Shown: positions 9,456-21,485, counted from the stretch's first letter. The stretch: DNA of 64,000 nucleotides from Nitrospirota bacterium (GCA_963845065.1 CAWJQQ010000003.1:255787-319786); one strand, 5' to 3'. Program-made: numbers and translations. Notes: generated by a model not told the origin, from the sequence alone.

Positions 9456-11051
9456 ATGGCAAAAAAACCTAAACTAAAAGTCGATGGTCTAGATTACGAT
9501 TACATCATTATAGGATCGGGTTTCGGCGGATCTGTGTCGGCTCTTCGATTGACGGAGAAAGGCTACAAGGTCTTGGTTCTTGAAAAGGGAAAGCGGCTAG
9601 GAATCCAAGATTTTCCCCATACGAACTGGAACCTGAAAAAATGGCTTTGGTTGCCGTTGTTTAGTTTCTTCGGTTTTTTCAAGATTACCTGGTTCCGTCA
9701 TGTCACGATTCTTTCGGGCGTAGGTGTGGGAGGTGGGTCGCTTGTATATGCAAACACACTGCCCGTACCCAAAAAGGATTTTTTTCAGGCAGCTAGCTGG
9801 TCTCATCTCGCTGACTGGCAGCAAGAACTTAAAGAATTTTATCTTGTAGCATCGAAGATGCTCGGCACTGTAACATGTCCTCGTCTAGAGAATGGTGACA
9901 AATCGCTCCAGATGCTGGCGAGGCAACTAGGCAAAGAATCCGACTTTGAACCGACGAGAGTTGCGGTTTTCTTCGGTGAACCGGAAAAGTCAGTGCCGGA
10001 CCCGTACTTTAACGGGAAAGGGCCCGATCGCAGTGGCTGCACATTTTGTGGCGCGTGCATGATCGGATGTCGCTATAACGCGAAAAATACTCTAGACAAG
10101 AACTATCTCTATCTTGCAGAACAGGGGGGGGCGTTGATCCAACCGGAATCACTTGTCTATGACGTACATCCATTAAGCCAAGAGGATGGTTCTCAGGGAT
10201 ACCAGGTTTTCTGGCGCTCTTCGACATCGTTGTTCGGGAAACGAAGCTCTGGTACCTGTTCAGGCGTCGTCTTCAGTGGCGGAGTACTCGGAACCGTGAA
10301 ACTCATGCTAAAGCTGAAAAAACGGTCGCTACCGAAACTGTCGGATAGGGTCGGGTCGCGCATTCGCACTAACTCGGAGAGTCTTATAGGCGTGACTTCA
10401 TTTGACAAAGACAGGGTCTTTTCAGATGGCATTGCCATAAGCTCGATCTTCCACGCAGATGAGCACAGTCACCTTGAACCGGTCCGGTATCCCGCTGGGT
10501 CGGGATTCTGGAGGTTGTTGGGAGCGCCTCTTGTCCATGGACGCAATGTTTTGACCAGACTTCTGAAAGTCATGATCGACCTCATTCTTCACCCCATCAA
10601 AAACCTGAAGGTCTATTTTGTTCGCGATTGGGCAAAGAGAACACAAATCATGCTTTTCATGCAGACCCTCGACAGCACACTGCGTTTGGAGAAAGGGATC
10701 TTCGGTATGAAGACCACACCAGAACAGGGGAAACGGCCCACAGCCTTTATCCCTGAAGCAGCTAATCTGGCCAAGAGATACGCTTTGCTAGTAAACGGTA
10801 AGCCCACGGTACTCTTGACGGAAACGATCTTCGGTATCCCTACGACTGCGCATATCCTTGGCGGTGTGATCATGGGTAGTTCGAAGGATGAAGGCGTGAT
10901 CGACAAAGATAATAGAGTATTTGGATACGAGAACATGTACGTGTGTGATGGGTCTATGATATCGGCCAACCCGGGCGTGAACCCGTCGCTTACGATCACG
11001 GCGTTGTCAGAGCGGGCAATGAACAAGATCCCGGTGAAGAGTTCGAGTTGA
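9456..11051 (+). CDS. GMC-family FAD oxidoreductase (cholesterol oxidase ChoD-like)
   Basis: IIGSGFGGSV FAD motif, GVGGGSLVYAN, CxxCGxCxxGC, TAHILGG, NPGVNPSLTITALSER. Confidence 0.9.
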   Translation: MAKKPKLKVDGLDYDYIIIGSGFGGSVSALRLTEKGYKVLVLEKGKRLGIQDFPHTNWNLKKWLWLPLFSFFGFFKITWFRHVTILSGVGVGGGSLVYANTLPVPKKDFFQAASWSHLADWQQELKEFYLVASKMLGTVTCPRLENGDKSLQMLARQLGKESDFEPTRVAVFFGEPEKSVPDPYFNGKGPDRSGCTFCGACMIGCRYNAKNTLDKNYLYLAEQGGALIQPESLVYDVHPLSQEDGSQGYQVFWRSSTSLFGKRSSGTCSGVVFSGGVLGTVKLMLKLKKRSLPKLSDRVGSRIRTNSESLIGVTSFDKDRVFSDGIAISSIFHADEHSHLEPVRYPAGSGFWRLLGAPLVHGRNVLTRLLKVMIDLILHPIKNLKVYFVRDWAKRTQIMLFMQTLDSTLRLEKGIFGMKTTPEQGKRPTAFIPEAANLAKRYALLVNGKPTVLLTETIFGIPTTAHILGGVIMGSSKDEGVIDKDNRVFGYENMYVCDGSMISANPGVNPSLTITALSERAMNKIPVKSSS

Positions 11052-11207
11052 ATGAGTTGAGTGAAGACGGATGGAAGTCGTCGAATACTTCACTGTCTTA
11101 TTATTAACTGATAGATTGATCTACTTATATTGATAGCTGTCAACATCCTTACATTTCTTTGCGGGCAAAGAGAACGACTTGGCCGTTTCATAGTAGCGGA
11201 TGATCCT

Positions 11208-12359
11208 ATGAACATAACTTCTCGGTCCCAAAAAATGACGCCATTTTATGTTATGGAACTCCTGGAGAAGGCCCGGGGGATGGAAGCGGAAGGCGAACAC
11301 ATCGTTCACATGGAGATTGGTGAACCCGACTTCCCCACACCTGGCTCGGTTAAGGAGGCCGCTTTTGATGCACTCAGTAAAGACCGGACCTACTATACCC
11401 ACAGCTTGGGTCTCCCTGAACTCAGAAAAAAGATCGCTGATCACTATTTGCAGACCGATAGCATCTCGATTTCACCGGAACGAGTGGTGGTCACGAACGG
11501 TACCTCTGGGGCCTTTCTTCTTCTTTTTTCCGTTCTTCTCGAGAAGGGCAGTACCCTCTCTCTTTCAGATCCCGGATATCCCTGCTATAAAAACTTTGCA
11601 GCTCTCTTCGATGCTGAGGTACGCCCGATACCCGTATCTGCTGAAACACGTTTCGAAGTAACGGAGCAGGAACTTAGCCGAGGCGGCAGTGGACCGGAGC
11701 TATTAATCATCTCTAATCCTGTAAATCCTACGGGCACGGTCTACCGGGAAAACACCCTTGCATCCCTCTATCAATCGCTCTCAAAACGTGGCAGTACCTT
11801 TGTGGTAGATGAAATTTACCGGGGTATAGTCTATGAGAAGACGGCACGGACCGCACTCACGATTTCCGACCGGATTATTGTGGTTGATGGTTTTTCCAAA
11901 GTCTTTGCGATGACCGGCTGGAGACTCGGGTGGATGGTTGTGCCCGAGGAACTGGTCCGGCCGATCCAGACCGTGGCACAGAACGTTTTTATCGCTCCGG
12001 CAACGCTGTCTCAGTATGCGGCTCTGAAGGCCTTTGATTGTACTCATGAGATAGAGAGTATGCGAAAGACCTATGAAGAACGCAGAAATTATCTTCTGCC
12101 AGAACTCGTCAGACTCGGTTTCCGCATACCAATTGTTCCCGAAGGTGCGTTTTATATCTACGCCGGTATTGAGAAGTGGGGCATCGACAGCCATGATTTT
12201 GTGAATCGAGCGCTGTGTGAGGCAAAAGTGGCACTAACACCAGGGTATGATTTTGGATCCTTTCAAGCTGGGCACCATGTGCGCTTCTCCTATGCAATAA
12301 GCATTGATAAAATTAAACTCGGCTGCGAACGGCTCGCAAGATGGCTCAAAACATTCTGA
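11208..12359 (+). CDS. PLP-dependent aminotransferase class I/II
   Basis: IGEPDF, NPVNPTG, DEIY, GFSKVFAMTGWRLG (PLP lysine). Confidence 0.92.
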   Translation: MNITSRSQKMTPFYVMELLEKARGMEAEGEHIVHMEIGEPDFPTPGSVKEAAFDALSKDRTYYTHSLGLPELRKKIADHYLQTDSISISPERVVVTNGTSGAFLLLFSVLLEKGSTLSLSDPGYPCYKNFAALFDAEVRPIPVSAETRFEVTEQELSRGGSGPELLIISNPVNPTGTVYRENTLASLYQSLSKRGSTFVVDEIYRGIVYEKTARTALTISDRIIVVDGFSKVFAMTGWRLGWMVVPEELVRPIQTVAQNVFIAPATLSQYAALKAFDCTHEIESMRKTYEERRNYLLPELVRLGFRIPIVPEGAFYIYAGIEKWGIDSHDFVNRALCEAKVALTPGYDFGSFQAGHHVRFSYAISIDKIKLGCERLARWLKTF

Positions 12360-12516
12360 AAATATCGTTTGTGTCTTAGGAATAATTTGTTGTTTGAACT
12401 TTGACATTTTGAAACATAAATTTGTACCCCTATAATAGGTTAAACAAATATAGCAGCTCCCATCAGGAGAGATAGTCGTTCTCTTTGTCATGCATTTTAA
12501 TCCTAAAGAGGTGTCT

Positions 12517-13089
12517 ATGGAAAAATTAAAGATATCGATTCAGCTAGGTATTGTCACATTTTTGGTTTGTAGTGCGATGTTGATTGCGGGATGTGGTGTC
12601 ATGGTCATACCGAATAATATTCCACTGATCAAGAACGTAGAAATACCTAAGATGAATGGTGTCACTCTCATCGTTGTTAATGTTGAAAAAGACTCATCCG
12701 ATTATCAGATTTTAAACGATAAGGGACAGAACCTTGGTCTTGTCGCGAATAAGCACATGTGGTCAAAAAAGCTTGTTGAATCCTTGGCTGGCGAGCTTGC
12801 AAAGCGAGGGGCGTATATCAGAGCTAACTCTTCTTTGACGTTGAGTATCGCACTGCCGAAAATCGTATTTAATCAGATTGGAGATATGTACCAGTTCAAA
12901 ATAGAAACAGAAGTCTCAACATCGACTGGATGGTCAAAAAATTATATGGGCATTGCAGAAACGGGATTGGGTTACTTCGAGTCGATGAATTCCTTAGTGA
13001 ATCGGTTGGCCGGCCTGGCCCTTGGAGATGCGGTTAAGACTATGCTGAATGATGCGGACTTCTTGGCTCAAATATCGGGTAAAAAATAA
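12517..13089 (+). CDS. Hypothetical lipoprotein
   Basis: GAGGTG RBS; signal peptide with lipobox LIAGC. Confidence 0.7.
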   Translation: MEKLKISIQLGIVTFLVCSAMLIAGCGVMVIPNNIPLIKNVEIPKMNGVTLIVVNVEKDSSDYQILNDKGQNLGLVANKHMWSKKLVESLAGELAKRGAYIRANSSLTLSIALPKIVFNQIGDMYQFKIETEVSTSTGWSKNYMGIAETGLGYFESMNSLVNRLAGLALGDAVKTMLNDADFLAQISGKK

Positions 13090-13245
13090 AGTTCTGTCGT
13101 TGCAACGATAAATAAATTTTCGCAACCAAAAGGTTGGAGTTCATAGATTTTGATTCTTTTCCCAGCAGTATAAGGGATGAACTGAAAATAAATGAATAAA
13201 TAGCTACGCGGCGCAGTATTGATACAGCATAAATCTATAATGTTC

Positions 13246-13274
13246 TTGACAATAAAGTATGCTAAAGCTATTAT
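13246..13274 (+). promoter_or_regulatory. Sigma70-type promoter
   Basis: TTGACA-N17-TATTAT upstream of 13325. Confidence 0.6.
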
Positions 13275-13324
13275 GATAAAATCATCACCGTGTCCAAAGT
13301 AACGCTATAAATAAGGAGGCATGC

Positions 13325-14092
13325 ATGAAAAAACATCTTGTTTTACCATTATTTGCCTTGCTACTGGTTAGCGGTTGCGTTTCTCAATCTACATATGATC
13401 TCAAAGCCAACGAGGCGAAATCACTGAGTGCAAAAACTGATGATCTTCAGACTCAAATAAAAAGCCTCGCCGCGGAAGTGAATGATCTAAAAAAAGAACG
13501 CACAGCGCTTCAAGATGAAAAGATATCGCTTCAAAAGGATAAGGAATCAATACAAAAGGACAACGCAGAGCTCCAAGATAAAGTCAATCAATTGTCAAAG
13601 AAAGCTGAGAAGACGGAGCAACTCGAGAAGGCTACCCAGACCTACGAGGATTTGCAGAAAAAGCTTGAGAAGGAGATCCAGGAAGGTCAGGTCCAGATCA
13701 AGGAAATGAAAGACCGTCTCACAGTGACAATGCTAGACCAGATATTGTTCGCTTCGGGAAGCGCAAAAGTAGGCAAGCAAGGAAAGGCTGTGCTCGCCAA
13801 GGTAGTCACTATATTGAAAGACGTTAAGGATAAGAGGATCGAGGTTGACGGTTATACAGACAACGTTAAGATTGTGAGCGCGCTCAAGAGCCGATTCCCG
13901 ACAAACTGGGAACTTTCTACTGCCCGGGCTACCGAAGTTGTGAGATATCTACAGGAAGAAGGCGGTATCGATCCGCATATTCTTTCCGCTGCAGGTTTTG
14001 GAGAGTACCAGCCTGTAGCTTCAAACGAAACGGAAGAGGGGAGACAAAAAAATAGAAGGATAGAGATAGTGTTGCTACCGCTCTTAAAATAG
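13325..14092 (+). CDS. OmpA/MotB-family lipoprotein with a coiled coil
   Basis: Lipobox LVSGC; ILFASGSA, GYTDN, NWELSTARA, NRRIEI. Confidence 0.9.
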   Translation: MKKHLVLPLFALLLVSGCVSQSTYDLKANEAKSLSAKTDDLQTQIKSLAAEVNDLKKERTALQDEKISLQKDKESIQKDNAELQDKVNQLSKKAEKTEQLEKATQTYEDLQKKLEKEIQEGQVQIKEMKDRLTVTMLDQILFASGSAKVGKQGKAVLAKVVTILKDVKDKRIEVDGYTDNVKIVSALKSRFPTNWELSTARATEVVRYLQEEGGIDPHILSAAGFGEYQPVASNETEEGRQKNRRIEIVLLPLLK

Positions 14093-14128
14093 TTTAACTT
14101 CTGCATATGAGGATTGGATTTATTACGC

Positions 14129-14767
14129 ATGTTCACCGGCATCATTGAAGAATTGGGAGGGGTCAAAGCACTAAGACGGGATTCAGGTGCAGCACGTCTG
14201 ACGGTTTCCGCTTTAACTGTGCTCGATGGCACGGCCCTTGGAGACAGTATCTGCGTGAATGGTGTCTGCCTTACGGTCATTGATATGAGCAAGAACGATT
14301 TCTCCGTCGACGTTGCTGTTGAGACCCTCAATGTTACGAATCTAGGTGATTTGAGAATTGGCACAAAAGTAAATCTTGAAAGAGCACTACAGCTCTCAGC
14401 TCGAATCGGCGGCCATCTCGTAAGCGGCCACGTTGATGCAGTAGGCCACATCCGCAACAAACGGGAAGAAGGTAACGGATGGCGAATCTCCATCAATGCA
14501 CCGGATACTGTCCTTCGCTACGTTATTAAAAAAGGTTCAATCGCCATAGACGGGATTAGTCTCACCGTAGCCGATGTTGAAAAAACAGGCTTTTCCGTTG
14601 CCATGATCCCTCACACTGCCAAGCTTACAACACTAGGGTTCAAGTCCGCAGGTGAAAGCGTGAACCTGGAAACGGATCTCATCGGAAAGTACGTTGAACG
14701 ACTCCTGTCTGGAAGGGTTGAAGGTGGAGTGAGCCTCGAACTATTAAAGGAAAACGGATTTATTTAA
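14129..14767 (+). CDS. ribE: Riboflavin synthase
   Basis: MFTGIIEELG N-terminus, VNGVCLTV, VNLERAL, GGHLVSGHVD. Confidence 0.96.
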   Translation: MFTGIIEELGGVKALRRDSGAARLTVSALTVLDGTALGDSICVNGVCLTVIDMSKNDFSVDVAVETLNVTNLGDLRIGTKVNLERALQLSARIGGHLVSGHVDAVGHIRNKREEGNGWRISINAPDTVLRYVIKKGSIAIDGISLTVADVEKTGFSVAMIPHTAKLTTLGFKSAGESVNLETDLIGKYVERLLSGRVEGGVSLELLKENGFI

Positions 14768-14866
14768 GTGGCAGAGTCAAGGTTCAAGAAGAGCGGGCCT
14801 GGTACATAAACGATCAATTCAACGATTCATGATCTCTATCCCGAGGCCTATTGTATTCCAGAAAGG

Positions 14867-16081
14867 GTGATGTACATGAATTTCAATTCTATTGAAGAAG
14901 CTCTTGACGACATAAAAAAAGGCAAGATGGTCATACTTGTCGACGATGAAGATCGGGAAAATGAAGGGGACCTGACTATGGCGGCGGAGAAGGTGACTCC
15001 CGAGGCCATTAATTTCATGGCTATTCACGGCCGTGGTCTTATCTGCCTCTCGCTTACGCCTGAGCGTGTGGAACATCTCCAACTCCCGTTGATGACCACA
15101 GATAACACATCATCATTCGGCACGGCGTTCACCATTTCAATCGAGGCTAAGAAAGGTGTGACCACGGGAATCTCTGCTGCCGATCGTGCTACGACGATTA
15201 AAGCAGCCATTAACCCCAAGGCTCGCCCCGAAGACCTTGCAAGACCGGGGCACGTATTCCCGCTGCGCTCGAAACCAGGAGGCGTACTGCAGCGTACAGG
15301 CCAGACCGAGGGATCGGTGGACTTGGCGAGACTAGCGGGCTTATATCCTGCCGGAGTAATCTGCGAGATAATGAATGATGACGGCACCATGTCGCGGGTT
15401 CCGCAACTCACCGAGTTCGCAAGGAAACATGGAATGAAAATCGTCACGGTCAAGGACCTCATTGCCTACCGGATTAAAAAAGAATCTCTAGTACGCAGGG
15501 TAGCGGTAACAAAGCTCCCTACCTCTTATGGAAATGAATTTACGGCAATCCTCTATGCCAATGACATTGATTGCCTGAGCCATATAGCTCTTGTCAAGGG
15601 GGATATCAAACCAAATGATGATGTCATGGTTCGAGTCCATTCTGAATGCCTTACCGGAGATGTGTTTGGATCTCTCCGCTGTGATTGCGGAGAGCAGCTC
15701 CATAACGCGATGCAAATGATCGACGCGGAAGGCAAGGGTGTGATTCTTTATATGCGGCAGGAAGGCCGTGGTATCGGCATAGAGGGCAAGCTCAAGGCGT
15801 ACGAACTCCAGGACACGGGCAAGGATACCGTTGAGGCGAATCTTGCCCTCGGTTTTAAGGCTGATCTTAGGGACTATGGCGTCGGCGCGCAGATACTTCG
15901 CGACCTCGGTGTCCGTAAGATCAAATTGCTTACTAATAACCCCAAGAAGATTGTAGGACTGGAAGGCTACGGTTTGACCGTGGTAAAACGCGTTCCTATC
16001 GAGATGCATCCCCATGCAAAAAACCTTCGATACCTCACGGTGAAGAAGAACAAACTCGGGCATCTGCTGGAAAAAGTTTAA
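14867..16081 (+). CDS. ribBA: Bifunctional DHBP synthase / GTP cyclohydrolase II
   Basis: [34 protein letters not shown]. Confidence 0.97.
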   Translation: MMYMNFNSIEEALDDIKKGKMVILVDDEDRENEGDLTMAAEKVTPEAINFMAIHGRGLICLSLTPERVEHLQLPLMTTDNTSSFGTAFTISIEAKKGVTTGISAADRATTIKAAINPKARPEDLARPGHVFPLRSKPGGVLQRTGQTEGSVDLARLAGLYPAGVICEIMNDDGTMSRVPQLTEFARKHGMKIVTVKDLIAYRIKKESLVRRVAVTKLPTSYGNEFTAILYANDIDCLSHIALVKGDIKPNDDVMVRVHSECLTGDVFGSLRCDCGEQLHNAMQMIDAEGKGVILYMRQEGRGIGIEGKLKAYELQDTGKDTVEANLALGFKADLRDYGVGAQILRDLGVRKIKLLTNNPKKIVGLEGYGLTVVKRVPIEMHPHAKNLRYLTVKKNKLGHLLEKV

Positions 16082-16130
16082 GGCTGTTAAGTGTATTGAA
16101 AGCCGAGTACATCGTTCTATGGAGGGATTC

Positions 16131-16601
16131 ATGGCAAGAATAATTCAGGGCGATTTGAGCGGCAAGGGGCTCAAGTTCGGGATCGTTGCCTCGCGGTTTA
16201 ATGAATTTATCACGGGCAGGCTATTGGACGGCGCCCTTGATGGACTGCAGCGGCATGGAGTAGCGGACAGCGATGTTGAAATCCTTAAAGTCCCTGGCGC
16301 GTATGAGATCCCGCTTGCAGCCAAAGTGCTGACGCAGTCGAAGAAGTATCATGCCATTATCTGTCTCGGTGCCGTGATCCGCGGAGCCACGCCACACTTC
16401 GAATATGTAAGCGCTGAAGTGAGCAAGGGCGTGGCAGCTGTCTCCTTGGAATCAGGACTGCCGGTTATTTTCGGCGTATTAACTACAGATACGATTGAGC
16501 AGGCAATCGAGCGGGCGGGATCGAAAAGTGGCAACAAGGGCTGGGACTCTGCCCTTGCGGCCATAGAAATGGCGAATCTGATGAAACAGTTTGCAGTATG
16601 A
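16131..16601 (+). CDS. ribH: 6,7-dimethyl-8-ribityllumazine synthase
   Basis: [26 protein letters not shown]. Confidence 0.97.
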   Translation: MARIIQGDLSGKGLKFGIVASRFNEFITGRLLDGALDGLQRHGVADSDVEILKVPGAYEIPLAAKVLTQSKKYHAIICLGAVIRGATPHFEYVSAEVSKGVAAVSLESGLPVIFGVLTTDTIEQAIERAGSKSGNKGWDSALAAIEMANLMKQFAV

Positions 16602-16635
16602 ATATATACAAGAAATGGCAGCTTGACGGCGGGGT

Positions 16636-17067
16636 ATGAAAAGACGCAAAGCGAGGGAGCACGCGCTCCAGATACTTTTCCAACTCGACTTAAAAAAAGA
16701 GAAGCCCTCAGCTGCTGTCCTGAAGAGTTTTTGGGCAGAATACCAGCCGGATGACGAAGTCAAAGCTTTTGCCGAAGAGATCGTAAAAGGAACATTTAAA
16801 TACGTAACCAAGATAAACGAACTTATTCAGGACTGTGCACAGAACTGGAGCTTGGACCGTATGTCGGTCGTGGACCGCAATGTACTCAGGATGGCGATCT
16901 ATGAGATCCTCTATAGGATGGATATCCCCACCAGTGTAACAATCAACGAAGCAATCGAAATTGCTAAGAAGTACGGTACAGAAGAATCCGGGGCGTTCGT
17001 AAACGGTATCCTGGATCGTATTGCTAGATTTACCGGAAAACTAGACGAGAGCAGAATCGAGGAGTAG
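16636..17067 (+). CDS. nusB: Transcription antitermination factor NusB
   Basis: RRKAREHALQ, VDRNVLR, INEAIEIAKKYG, FVNGILD. Confidence 0.96.
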   Translation: MKRRKAREHALQILFQLDLKKEKPSAAVLKSFWAEYQPDDEVKAFAEEIVKGTFKYVTKINELIQDCAQNWSLDRMSVVDRNVLRMAIYEILYRMDIPTSVTINEAIEIAKKYGTEESGAFVNGILDRIARFTGKLDESRIEE

Positions 17068-17071
17068 CGGG

Positions 17072-17572
17072 ATGTCTGGTGTAATAGTTAAGGTTATACT
17101 CCAGGACTTAAAAAAAGTCGAAGCAGAAGCTCTTGTTGTCGGTTTTTTTCAGGACATAAGGCCGCTCAAAGGCGCTGCCGGGCAACTGGACTGGCTACTA
17201 TGTGGCGCTCTTTCACGTCTTTTGCTTAAAAATAAATTGAAAGGTTCGCTCGGTGATGTGGCACTGCTCACTTCGCAAGGGAAAGTTCCGCCTCAGAAAA
17301 TATTTCTGGTAGGTCTTGGTAAGAAAGCGGATTTTTCAGCATTGTCGCTGCGAACTGCCGCAAAAACAGCTTCAGCTTGTGTATTAGGTGCAGGTGTTAC
17401 GAATGCGGCAATGGAGTATTTCCAGGTCCAGACAGTCATTGCTGAGGATTCCATACCGGCATTTCGTGAGGGTCTTGAAGAGGGCGCCGGCAACCGCGGT
17501 CTAAAGATTTTACTTATTGCACCGGATGACGTAGCCTATAGTCAGCTCTTTCAGCTAACAATGTCGAATTGA
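17072..17572 (+). CDS. Stand-alone peptidase M17 N-terminal domain protein
   Basis: RPLKGAAGQLDWLLCGALSRL and IFLVGLG resemble the leucyl aminopeptidase N-domain; no catalytic domain. Confidence 0.7.
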   Translation: MSGVIVKVILQDLKKVEAEALVVGFFQDIRPLKGAAGQLDWLLCGALSRLLLKNKLKGSLGDVALLTSQGKVPPQKIFLVGLGKKADFSALSLRTAAKTASACVLGAGVTNAAMEYFQVQTVIAEDSIPAFREGLEEGAGNRGLKILLIAPDDVAYSQLFQLTMSN

Positions 17573-17724
17573 CTGAAACCACCGATTTAGCTATAGCAGA
17601 ACTGGATAGATGTACTCTATTTGTCATACATTGAATATTGATTCTCTAAGTTTCCGCATCCGCAAGAGACTAGAGGTTCTTGAGTACTACAAGCAGTACT
17701 CATCTTTATTTGTAGGAGACCTAG

Positions 17725-19026
17725 ATGATTCCTCGTTACAGCAGGCCGGAAATGGCCGGCCTCTGGGAACCGAAGAGCAGATACCGCGCATGGCTCGAGG
17801 TTGAACTTGCTGCGTGCGAAGCGAATGCAAAACTAGGACTCATTCCGGCGAAAGCGCTCGCGAATATCAAAAAAAAGGCCGATTTCAACGTTTTACGTAT
17901 TGACGCCATTGAAAAAATCGTAAAACACGATGTCATAGCATTCCTCACCGCCGTGGCAGAAAAGGTGGGACCGGATTCACGCTACATTCATCTGGGGCTC
18001 ACCTCCTCGGATGTACTCGATACGTCTCTTGCCACACTATTGCGCAGAGCATCGGATATCCTCATCAGTGACATTCATAGTGTTCTTTCTACCTTGAAGC
18101 AAAAGGCCAAACAGCACAAAAATACTGTTATGATCGGTCGCTCACATGGCGTACACGCTGAACCAGTCACCTTCGGGCTTAAAATGGCACTCTGGTACGA
18201 GGAAATGGGACGTGCCCTAGAGCGAATGAAACGGGCCCGCGACGTGATAAGCGTGGGCAAGGTGTCTGGTGCCGTGGGGACTTTTGCCAACATAGATCCC
18301 TTTGTCGAAATCTATGTCTGCCGCAAATTAGGGCTCAAGCCAGAACCCGTCTCTACACAAATAGTGCAGCGTGACCGGCACGCAGAATTCCTTTCAGCGC
18401 TGGCACTAATTGCATCTTCCATTGAAAAATTTTCCGTGGAACTCCGGCATCTCCAGCGCACCGAAGTGCTTGAAGCGGAAGAGTATTTTTCCGAAGGCCA
18501 AAAGGGATCGTCTGCCATGCCGCACAAACGAAACCCTATCTCCGCTGAAAATCTTTCAGGACTGGCCCGAGTGGTCCGGGCGAACTCCCTGGCAGGCATG
18601 GAAAACATCGCACTATGGCACGAACGGGACATTAGCCATTCCTCCGTCGAACGCATCATTATTCCGGACAGCACAATCCTCATGGACTACATGCTGGTAC
18701 GATTCAACAGCCTGATCGGCAAATTGTTCGTTTATCCCAAAAATATGAAACGTAACATGCAACTTTCGAAAGGTCTTTTCCATTCAGAGACCGTTATGCT
18801 TGCTTTAGTAGAGAAGGGGCTAACACGCGAAAAAGCATATTCCTATGTGCAGCGGAATGCCATGGAAGTCTGGAAGCAAGGTGGTGATTTTAAGCAGCAT
18901 CTGCAGAATGACAAAGATGTCCGAAAATACCTGAACAATCGCGAAATCGACAAGTGCTTCGACCTGTCGCATATGCTCAAAAAAGTTGACTACCTATTCA
19001 AGCGTGTTTTTAAAAAGAAGGTTTAG
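17725..19026 (+). CDS. purB: Adenylosuccinate lyase
   Basis: [21 protein letters not shown] signature. Confidence 0.97.
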   Translation: MIPRYSRPEMAGLWEPKSRYRAWLEVELAACEANAKLGLIPAKALANIKKKADFNVLRIDAIEKIVKHDVIAFLTAVAEKVGPDSRYIHLGLTSSDVLDTSLATLLRRASDILISDIHSVLSTLKQKAKQHKNTVMIGRSHGVHAEPVTFGLKMALWYEEMGRALERMKRARDVISVGKVSGAVGTFANIDPFVEIYVCRKLGLKPEPVSTQIVQRDRHAEFLSALALIASSIEKFSVELRHLQRTEVLEAEEYFSEGQKGSSAMPHKRNPISAENLSGLARVVRANSLAGMENIALWHERDISHSSVERIIIPDSTILMDYMLVRFNSLIGKLFVYPKNMKRNMQLSKGLFHSETVMLALVEKGLTREKAYSYVQRNAMEVWKQGGDFKQHLQNDKDVRKYLNNREIDKCFDLSHMLKKVDYLFKRVFKKKV

Positions 19027-19031
19027 GAATT

Positions 19032-20429
19032 ATGTTCGACAAACTCCATGAAGAATGTGGCGTATTCGGGATATTTGGCCATCCTGACGCGTCAAACTTG
19101 ACATACCTGGGACTTTACTCCCTCCAGCACCGCGGCCAAGAGTCAGCAGGGATCGTGTCCTCAGACGGGAAGCGACTTTACGTCGAGAAGGACATGGGTC
19201 TTGTAGCCGATATCTTCAGTGAAGAACGGATCAAAAAACTTCCTGGTCATATGGCAATCGGACATAATCGCTATTCGACTGCCGGGGGAAGCTTTGCCAT
19301 AAATATTCAACCCATTCTCGTCAATTTCGCGCTCGGTGAACTCGCAGTTGCCCATAACGGTAACCTGGTGAACGCCGGGATTCTCAAAGATGAGTTGGAA
19401 GCCTATGGTTCGATATTTGTATCGACGACAGACACGGAAGTGATTGTGCATCTGATCGCCCAATCGCGGGCCGCTACATTGCACGAACGGATCGTGGATG
19501 CTCTCAGCCATGTTCAGGGTTCCTATAGCCTGCTACTCATCACCGAAGATGAGTTGATTGCTGTTCGCGACCCGAACGGGTTCAGACCACTCTCGCTGGC
19601 AGAATTAGATGGGGCCCATGTTGTTGCGTCAGAAACGTGTGCCTTTGATCTCATTGAGGCAACATATATTCGTGATATTGCGCCCGGCGAAATGATCGTG
19701 ATTAGTAGCAAGGGGATTCAGTCTACATTTCCGTTCAAGCCTGCTGAACCATCCCACTGTATTTTTGAATTCATTTATTTTGCTCGACCTGATAGTATGG
19801 TCTTCGGCCAGAACGTCTATTCAATCCGGAAAGAGTTCGGCAGGCAACTAGCCAGGGAGACCGCTATTTCTGCAGATGTCGTTATCCCGGTGCCGGACTC
19901 AGGCGTGCCCGCCGCTTTGGGGTACGCCGAAGAGGCCGGAATACCATTCGATACGGGTCTGATCAGGAACCACTACGTGGGACGTACCTTTATCGAACCG
20001 CAGCAGAGCATCAGACACTTTGGCGTGAAGATAAAACTCAATCCGGTTAAAGATGCTATTAGAGGCAAACGAGTCATCGTTGTAGACGATTCCATCGTGC
20101 GGGGTACGACAAGCAAAAAGATTATCAAAATGATAAGAAACGCGGGAGCCGCAGAAGTCCATTTGCGCATCAGTTCGCCGCCAACGTCCTATCCTTGTTT
20201 CTATGGCATTGATATGCCGACACGACAGGAGCTTATTGCTTCTTCTCACAGCATCGATGAAATTAGAAAATATATAACCGCCGATACGCTTGGTTATATC
20301 AGTATGGAAGGGATTCAGAAGGTTGTCCCGTTCCATATGAACTTTTGCGCTGCCTGCTTCGACGGCGACTACCCGGTTCCTTTCCCCGGTGAAAAGATGT
20401 TGCAGCTCGGTTTGTTCGATAAGGAGTAA
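19032..20429 (+). CDS. purF: Amidophosphoribosyltransferase
   Basis: [35 protein letters not shown]. Confidence 0.97.
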   Translation: MFDKLHEECGVFGIFGHPDASNLTYLGLYSLQHRGQESAGIVSSDGKRLYVEKDMGLVADIFSEERIKKLPGHMAIGHNRYSTAGGSFAINIQPILVNFALGELAVAHNGNLVNAGILKDELEAYGSIFVSTTDTEVIVHLIAQSRAATLHERIVDALSHVQGSYSLLLITEDELIAVRDPNGFRPLSLAELDGAHVVASETCAFDLIEATYIRDIAPGEMIVISSKGIQSTFPFKPAEPSHCIFEFIYFARPDSMVFGQNVYSIRKEFGRQLARETAISADVVIPVPDSGVPAALGYAEEAGIPFDTGLIRNHYVGRTFIEPQQSIRHFGVKIKLNPVKDAIRGKRVIVVDDSIVRGTTSKKIIKMIRNAGAAEVHLRISSPPTSYPCFYGIDMPTRQELIASSHSIDEIRKYITADTLGYISMEGIQKVVPFHMNFCAACFDGDYPVPFPGEKMLQLGLFDKE

Positions 20430-20545
20430 TAAGGAATGTTGTCACGAATGCACGGAGAGAGACAAGGATGGATTAACAACGTATCTACCTTATCTTCGTA
20501 CACCAATAGATATCAGTAGATACAATGATGGGGAAACGTAAGGAA

Positions 20546-20621
20546 TGGTGCCGAGGCGCAGAATCGAACTGCGGACACGAGGCTTTTCAGGCCTCTGCTC
20601 TACCAACTGAGCTACCTCGGC
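20546..20621 (-). tRNA. tRNA-Phe (GAA)
   Basis: Reverse complement GCCGAGGTAGCTCAGTTGGTAGAGCAGAGGCCTGAAAAGCCTCGTGTCCGCAGTTCGATTCTGCGCCTCGGCACCA; cloverleaf, GAA anticodon, encoded CCA. Confidence 0.97.
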
Positions 20622-20702
20622 ATAACGTGGTCAGTTTTAACGAGACGATAAGATAACAGACTACAGGGTTGATTGTCAAGTGATTTTTGTTGGAAGGTGA
20701 TC

Positions 20703-21440
20703 ATGAATAAAATATTTTCGAGGCCAATTTCCCTTAAAGCCAAAGCATTTCGGTATTGTCCGGGATGCAGCCATGGAGTGCTGCACCGTATCGTTGCCGA
20801 GACGATCGATTTGCTCGGCATCCACGATCAGACTATCGGCATTGCACCGGTCGGCTGCGCGGTTTTTGCCTACGACTACTTTGATATCGATATGATTGAA
20901 GTACCACATGGAAGACCGCCGGCAATCGCTACCGGAATGAAGCGCGCGAGGCCTAGCACCGTGATCTTCAGTTACCAGGGTGACGGTGACCTTGCCGCTA
21001 TCGGCACGGCAGAGATTGTCCATGCCGCTGCTCGAGGTGAAAATATTACTGTTATTTTCGTTAATAACGGCAATTACGGCATGACCGGTGGACAGATGGC
21101 TCCAACTACACTGCCAGGCCAAAAGACAACGACCACACCGAAAGGCAGGGATGTACTGCAAGCAGGTAATCCTCTTCGCGTGTGCGAGATGCTGGCGACG
21201 TTGGACGGACCCGTATATATAGAACGGGTTTCGGTTGACAGCCCCAAGAATGTCCTTGCAGCAAAGAAAGCCATTCAAAAAGCCTTCAGGAACCAGATCG
21301 AGGGCCGCGGATTCTCTTTTGTGGAAGCACTCTCGATGTGCCCGACCGATTGGGGATTGACGCCTAACCAGTCCGTAGATTGGGTGCGAAATAGTATGAT
21401 GCAATATTATCCTTTAGGAGTGTATAAGGACGTAAAGTAG
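20703..21440 (+). CDS. 2-oxoacid:ferredoxin oxidoreductase beta (TPP-binding) subunit
   Basis: YCPGCSHG, GDGDLAAIG, NNGNYGMTGGQMAPTT, CPT. Confidence 0.92.
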   Translation: MNKIFSRPISLKAKAFRYCPGCSHGVLHRIVAETIDLLGIHDQTIGIAPVGCAVFAYDYFDIDMIEVPHGRPPAIATGMKRARPSTVIFSYQGDGDLAAIGTAEIVHAAARGENITVIFVNNGNYGMTGGQMAPTTLPGQKTTTTPKGRDVLQAGNPLRVCEMLATLDGPVYIERVSVDSPKNVLAAKKAIQKAFRNQIEGRGFSFVEALSMCPTDWGLTPNQSVDWVRNSMMQYYPLGVYKDVK

Positions 21441-21485
21441 CAGTCGGAGGGCAAATGCTCGGAAACAGGGGGGGCTTGAGTAAAT

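Noticed and set aside
14092..14129. FMN riboswitch or ribD ahead of the rib genes
   Set aside because: Intergenic gap too short, no RFN motifs, and no ribD in the window
20546..20621. tRNA-Phe as an integration site
   Set aside because: No duplicated tRNA 3' end noticed and no adjacent integrase
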